From: an uncultured Actinomycetota bacterium
GTDB lineage: Bacteria; Actinomycetota; Actinomycetes; JBEVHX01
Direction: 5' to 3'
Assembly: GCA_963836025.1 (NCBI GenBank)
Contig: CAWIIE010000005.1
Coordinates: 202,285 to 266,284 of the forward strand
DNA: 64,000 bases
Part shown: positions 59,208 to 64,000 of the stretch, piece after piece
Position numbering within the stretch: position 1 is the stretch's first letter
Layout: the number at the start of each line of letters is the position of its first letter
Notes under the pieces: generated by a model
The model's input: only the letters and a program-made list of their open reading frames with translations
The model's database searches: none
What the model was told of the DNA's origin: nothing
Made by a program: the position numbers and the translations under genes

Positions 59208-62200
59208 GTGGAGTTCGCCGTTCTCGGCCCACTCCTCGTCCGGGGGGACAGCGGTTCGATCGACATCGCGGGCGCCAAGGAGCGCACGCTTCTGGCGCAC
59301 TTGGTTGCACGTGCCGGCCAGATGGTGTCGACCGATGCGCTCGTCGACAGCCTGTGGGGCGAGGAGCCTCCCCGCACGGCCGCGAAGTCCCTGCAGACCT
59401 ACGTGCTGCGGCTACGGAACATGCTCGAACCAGAACGGAACGGGTCGCCTCGGCTGCTCGTGACGGAGGGCGGCGGGTACCGGCTCGCGGTGCCCGACGA
59501 GGCCATCGACGCTCGGCGGTTCGGCCGTCTCGTGGAGTTAGGTCAGCGGGCCTACCGCGATGGTCGAGCGGACTCAGCATCGGCCACGCTCGGTGAGGCA
59601 CTCGCGTTGTGGCGCGGACCGGCCTACTCCGAGTTCGAGTGGACGACGTTTGGCGGCAGCGAGGCGCGCCGCCTCGAAGAGCTTCGGCTGGTCGCCACCG
59701 AGGACCGACTGGCAGCGGAACTCGACCTCGGGCACGGGCGCGGAACGCCGTGGCCGGAGCTCGAGTCGCTGACCCATCAGCACCCGCTCCGGGAACGGCT
59801 GTGGTCGCTGCTGGTGCTCGGGTTATACCGGTCCGGTCGGCAGGCGGACGCGCTCGCCGCATACGGCACATGCGCGGGCGGTGCTCGTCGACGAGCTGGG
59901 TGTCGAGCCCGGCGACGACCTGCGCCAACTGCACGCGCGCGTCCTCGCGCACGACTCGGGACTCGTTGCACCGAGGCCCGAAGGCTCGGTCCCGGCCACG
60001 CTCGCCCCGCCAGCTGGCGCGTTCGTCGGCCGCGAGGCCGAAATCGCCTACCTGCGCGCAGCGTGGTCGCGTGCGCTCACCGGGCAGGCCGTGACGGTCT
60101 TCATCCGAGGCCGGAAGGGAGTCGGGTGTTCGCCGGCTGGCCGGCGAGTTTGCGGTCGAGATCGCGGAGCAGGGCGGTGCCGTCGAGCACGTGATGTCCG
60201 AGTCCGCCGTCATCGGACGTTGTTGCCGACCTGAGCTCGGGCCCGTCGCTGCTCGTACTGAGCGAATCCGCGTTGACCCGGCATGTCCCCACCGACCCGT
60301 CGAGGGCTGGTTCTCGTTCTTGCCGGGCCGACCGCTGATGTGCCGCCGTGGGCCGAACGCATCGACCTGGGGGCGCTGTCCGATGCGGACGTCCGACGGT
60401 GCTCCGCGAGTATCTGCCGGAGTCAGCCGTCGGTGAGGCATTGCCCCAGGTGATGCGGGAGTCGGGCGGGCTGCCCGGGCGGGTCCACGACGCGGCCCTC
60501 GGCTTCGTGCGGCAGCGGGCAACGGCCCGGGTGGGCGCCGCTGCGCAACGCGCCGACGAGACGCAACAGGCTTTCGGCGCGGCCCGGCATGACCTGCGGG
60601 ACACCGTGGCGGAGCTCGGCGAGGTGCGGGATCGGATGGCCGCGCTCCCGGCCGGGGTCTGCCCGTGGAAGGGGCTCGTGGCCTACGACGTCGAGGATGC
60701 GCCGTGGTTCTCCGGGCGGGAGCGGCTGGTCGCCGAGCTGCTGGTCCGCATTGCCTCGGCACGGCTGGTCGCGGTGGTCGGCGCATCCGGGAGCGGCAAG
60801 TCATCGCTCGTGCGCGCTGGCCTGGTCGCCTCGCTGGAGGCTGGGTCGTTGCCGGGCAGCGAGACTTGGGTCCGGCTGGTGATGCGGCCAGGACCGCACC
60901 CGATGCGCGAGCTGGCGCGGATCGCCCTGCGCGGGACTGAGCCCGCGCGCGATCGCGACCACGTGGCCGATCTGCTCGAGCGGCTGGTGTACGGCAGCGA
61001 GGCTGGCGGCCGGGTCGTTCTGGTCGATCGACCAGCTCGAGGAGCTGTGGACCACATGCTCGGATGCCACCGAGCGCGCGGCGTTCCTCGACACCGTGGC
61101 CGAGCTGCTGGACTCCGCGACCCCGTGCAACATCGTGCTCGTCGTGCGGGCCGACTACGTCACCGAGCTGGCCGATCATCCGGTCCTGGCGGCCGCGATG
61201 GCCGACGCGACCGTGCTCGTCGGCGCGCCCAGCCAGGCGGAGGTGCGCCGCGCGGTCGAACGACCGGCTGAGCTCGCTGGCTTGACTCTCGAACGCGGGC
61301 TGACCGACGCGATCGTGGACGACGCGGGAGACGAGCCGGGCTCGTTGCCGCTGCTGTCGACGGCGATGACCGAGTTGTGGGACCGCCGCGTCGGTGACGA
61401 GCTCACGTTGTCCTCGTATGTCACGGCCGGCGGTATCGACGGTGCCGTGACGCGGATCGCGGAGCGGGTCTACGGCGGGCTGACCGATGCCGACCAGCGG
61501 GCTGCGCGGCTGCTGCTGCTGCGGCTGGCCGGACCGGGCGATGGCGACGCGACGGCTCGGCAACGGGTGCGGCTTGACGACCTGGCTGCGCTGCCGGACA
61601 GCCGGGTCCGGGCGGTCGTTGACCCGCTCGCGGATGCGCGCCTGCTGAGCGTGAGCGCCGACCAGGTGGAGGTCGCGCACGAGGCGCTGTTCCGCGAGTG
61701 GCCGCGGCTGCGTGGGTGGCTCGAGGAGGATGCGGCCGGGCGCGCGGTGCAAAGGCGATTGACGATCGCGGCGCGCGAGTGGGACGCCAACCAGCGGGAC
61801 GCCACTGACCTCTGGCGGGGGGCCAGGCTCGACAGTGGCCTCGAGTTCGCGGCCCGGCACCCAGACGAGCTCACGGAGACCGAACGCGCGTTCCTGGACG
61901 CGGGCCAGGCCGAGCACGACGCCGAGCTGGTTGCCGCGCAGGAGCGCGCCGCCGCTAGCTCGCGGCAGAACCGACGGCTGAAGTGGCTGATCGGCGGGCT
62001 CGGCATTGTGCTGGTGTCGGCGATCGTCGCCGGCTCGCTCGCCGTGAGCGCAAGCGCGCGGGCCGAGCGGGAGACGCGGGCCGCAACGGCTCGCGAACTG
62101 TCCGCCGCTGCGCTGGCCAACCTGGATGTCGACCCTGAGCTGAGCATGCTGCTCGCCCTGGAGGCGATCGACCAGACCCGATCACCGGACGGGATCGTGC

Positions 62201-64000
62201 TGCCGGAGGCCGAGGAGGCGCTGCACCGGGCCGTCGGCGCGTCCCGGTCGTGATGAACGTCCCGGACGTCGGCGGCTCGGTGGACTGGAGCCCGCGGGGG
62301 GACGTGTTCGTCACCGAGGGCCCGAGAACAGCGGGGTCATCGACCTCCGCGACGCCGAGACCGGCGAAGTCGGTCCGTGCTCGTGGCCCGGTCACGAGAT
62401 CGACATCAACGATGTCGCGTTCAGCGCCGACGGGTTCGATGCTGGCAACGTCCGGGGACGATGGCGCCGTCCGGGTCTGGGATCCAGGCGACGGGCCAGC
62501 AATTGGCTTTCCTGAAGGCCGCCGGAGCTGACTGCGCCGGTCTGGAATCCCAACCTTCAGCCATGACGGATCGCTGGTCGCCGCCACCTGGCTGGATCCC
62601 GGCGTGGGGTCAGCGGTTCGTCGGCGTCCTGGACGTCAGGACCGGAGAGCAAGAGGCGCGGTTCGGCCCGTTCGACGATCGTGGGAGCGTCAGCGTTCGA
62701 CCCGGGCGAGCGGACGGCTGGCCATCTCAGCGTTCGCGAACTGCCGAGACCGTTCTCGCCGCCACGAGCCGGGTGACGCCGTTCGTCCTACCTGATCTCG
62801 AACTCATCGGATTCGTCGAGATGGAGTCCGGATGGAGTCTCGAATCGCGACTCGCGGCGGCGGCGGGGAACCGCGCTGTCGAGATCCGGGATGCGGCAGA
62901 CCGGAGCCGCCTTGTTCGAGCTTGATCGGACACACCGGGATTATCACCGACAGTCGAGTGGTCAGCTGACTCGTCATCGTGCTGGTGACCAGCAGCGAAG
63001 ACAAGACAGTCCGGGTCTGGGACATCGAGCGAAGATGGCGCCGAACGAACGACTACGGCCTGTCCGGGGCCGGCACGGCCAGCGGTGCGCAGGGCGTCGC
63101 CCTGTCGCCCGACGCGCGCCGGGTCATGGCCGGTGACCTCGAACGTCGAGGCGGTCACCATCTGGGACATCACCGACGCCGGCAACGCCGAGATCGCCAA
63201 CCTGCCGGGGAACGCGCGGCGTCCGACAGCGGCGAGCTTCACGCCGGATGGACACATCCTGGCCAGCAGCGGTGGCGGTTCGGTGACCGAGTGGGACCCC
63301 GGCGTCCAGGCGAGGCAGTGCGATCCCTGGAGGTCGATCTTGGCGCCACGATGGACGTGCCCGACGACGCGTCACTATGGAGGAGATCGCGGTCTCCCCT
63401 GACGGTGAACTCGTCGCCTACGCAATCGAGGACATCGCGACCGTGAGGGACGCACGCACCGGCGAGGAGGTCGTCTCGCGGCTCGCTCCGGCTGGTTCGT
63501 CCTCGACGTCGCGTGGAGCCCGGACGGCGAGCGGCTCGCGATCACCACCGTCGGACGGCATCACGGACGTGCTCGACCGGACGGTCAGCGAGCTGGCCAC
63601 CTTGAACGCCGGCGATGGGTACGTCGGCCTGGGGTACGAACTTCAGCCCAGATGGTCGCCTTCTCGCGGTCGCCACCCAGCTGCTCGAAGTCGCCCAGCC
63701 GCAAGACAGCCGCGTCCAGGTCTGGGACTGGGAGGCAGGCGAGGTCGTCACGACGATCCAGATTGATGGAGACGACGTCGAGTTCGACCCGACCGGCACC
63801 CTGCTCGTGGCCGGCGGAAGCTTCGGGCCGGCCGAGGTCTTTCGAGTACCAAGTGGCGAGCGGGTCCACACTCTGACCGGCGTCGACGGCGGCATCGGAG
63901 CCTTCTGCGATGAGCCCCGACGGCACGACTGATCGCCGGCGGCCTGCTGGGACGGAGCGATCAGCATCTGGGACAGCGGGCACCGGGACCCAGCGACTTG
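59208..64000 (+). pseudogene. Giant SARP/BTAD + P-loop + nSTAND-type NTPase + TM helix + WD40 beta-propeller protein, multiply frameshifted; 3' end outside the window
   Basis: wHTH/BTAD 'VEFAVLGPLLV..KERTLLAHL..ALWRGPAYSEF..LRERLWSLLVLGLYRSGRQADALAAY..VDELGVEPGDDLRQLHARVL'. First P-loop remnant near 60100. 'CPWKGLVAYDVEDAPWFSGRE' (60660-60722), Walker A 'GASGSGKS' (60780-60803), Walker B 'VVLVIDQLEEL' (about 61018). TM 'WLIGGLGIVLVSAIVAGSLAV' (about 61981-62050). WD40 units ('SGDDGAVRVWD', 'SSEDKTVRVWD', 'SPDG..') from about 62255. Confidence 0.75.

Noticed and set aside
59059-61917. A 952-aa antisense ORF opposite the SARP-STAND gene
   Set aside because: Extremely Arg/Pro/Ala-rich low-complexity translation with no motifs. 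The opposite strand carries clear SARP, Walker A/B and helical-domain motifs.
1-64000. Programmed ribosomal frameshifting or transcriptional slippage as the explanation for the split genes
   Set aside because: There are too many events per gene (up to about 10), in unrelated gene families, with no shared slippery heptamer or downstream structure at the junctions I reconstructed. Compensating pairs scramble conserved peptide segments.
1-64000. CRISPR arrays, tRNA/rRNA genes, IS elements, integrases, prophage or toxin-antitoxin modules
   Set aside because: I found no regularly spaced direct repeats with unique spacers, no tRNA-like T-arm/acceptor patterns, and no transposase, recombinase or phage-like ORFs. 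The only repeats are the short 27-nt-period families reported above.

Overview
Very GC-rich (about 70% by eye) actinobacterial chromosomal core segment with about 62 tightly packed protein-coding loci. I found no rRNA, tRNA, CRISPR array, transposase, integrase or phage genes. The gene order is collinear with the M. tuberculosis Rv2674-Rv2701c block: msrB, a methyltransferase, hemQ-hemY-hemE, DUF3000-rnd, dxs, an RNA methyltransferase, an APC permease, two trkA genes, DUF3159, an OB-fold gene, DUF3710, dut, DUF3093, DUF4193 and an IMPase. Interspersed are fadA-fadB, a SigL/RslA-like ECF pair, an ArsR-SRPBCC pair, a full xylose cluster (xylB-xylA-xylFGH-ROK-epimerase), aconitase, ferrochelatase, sepH, tdk, a Pat-type acetyltransferase and psuG-psuK. 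The window ends inside a giant SARP-STAND-WD40 gene. The dominant property is that about 19 loci are broken by small indels, plus one in-frame TAG, and the lesions sit in blocks (1-9.6 kb, 12.3-14.2 kb, 23.3-31.5 kb, 59.2-64 kb). The longest housekeeping genes (acn, Pat, fadB, dxs, APC permease) are clean. I cannot tell assembly error from real decay using the sequence alone. I see no convincing new multi-gene system, and most of the window is ordinary conserved core. The best leads are: (1) a MIRU-like 27-nt-period repeat family with two copies, one supplying SD+ATG modules and a coupled uORF upstream of an EamA transporter, the other an exact 60-nt in-frame insertion in ferrochelatase; (2) a 90-nt in-frame repeat insertion in hemQ; (3) a SARP + P-loop + nSTAND + TM + WD40 giant gene; (4) several sharp candidate regulatory sites (SigL-type promoter, 18-bp perfect palindrome upstream of acn, ArsR operator with a leaderless start).
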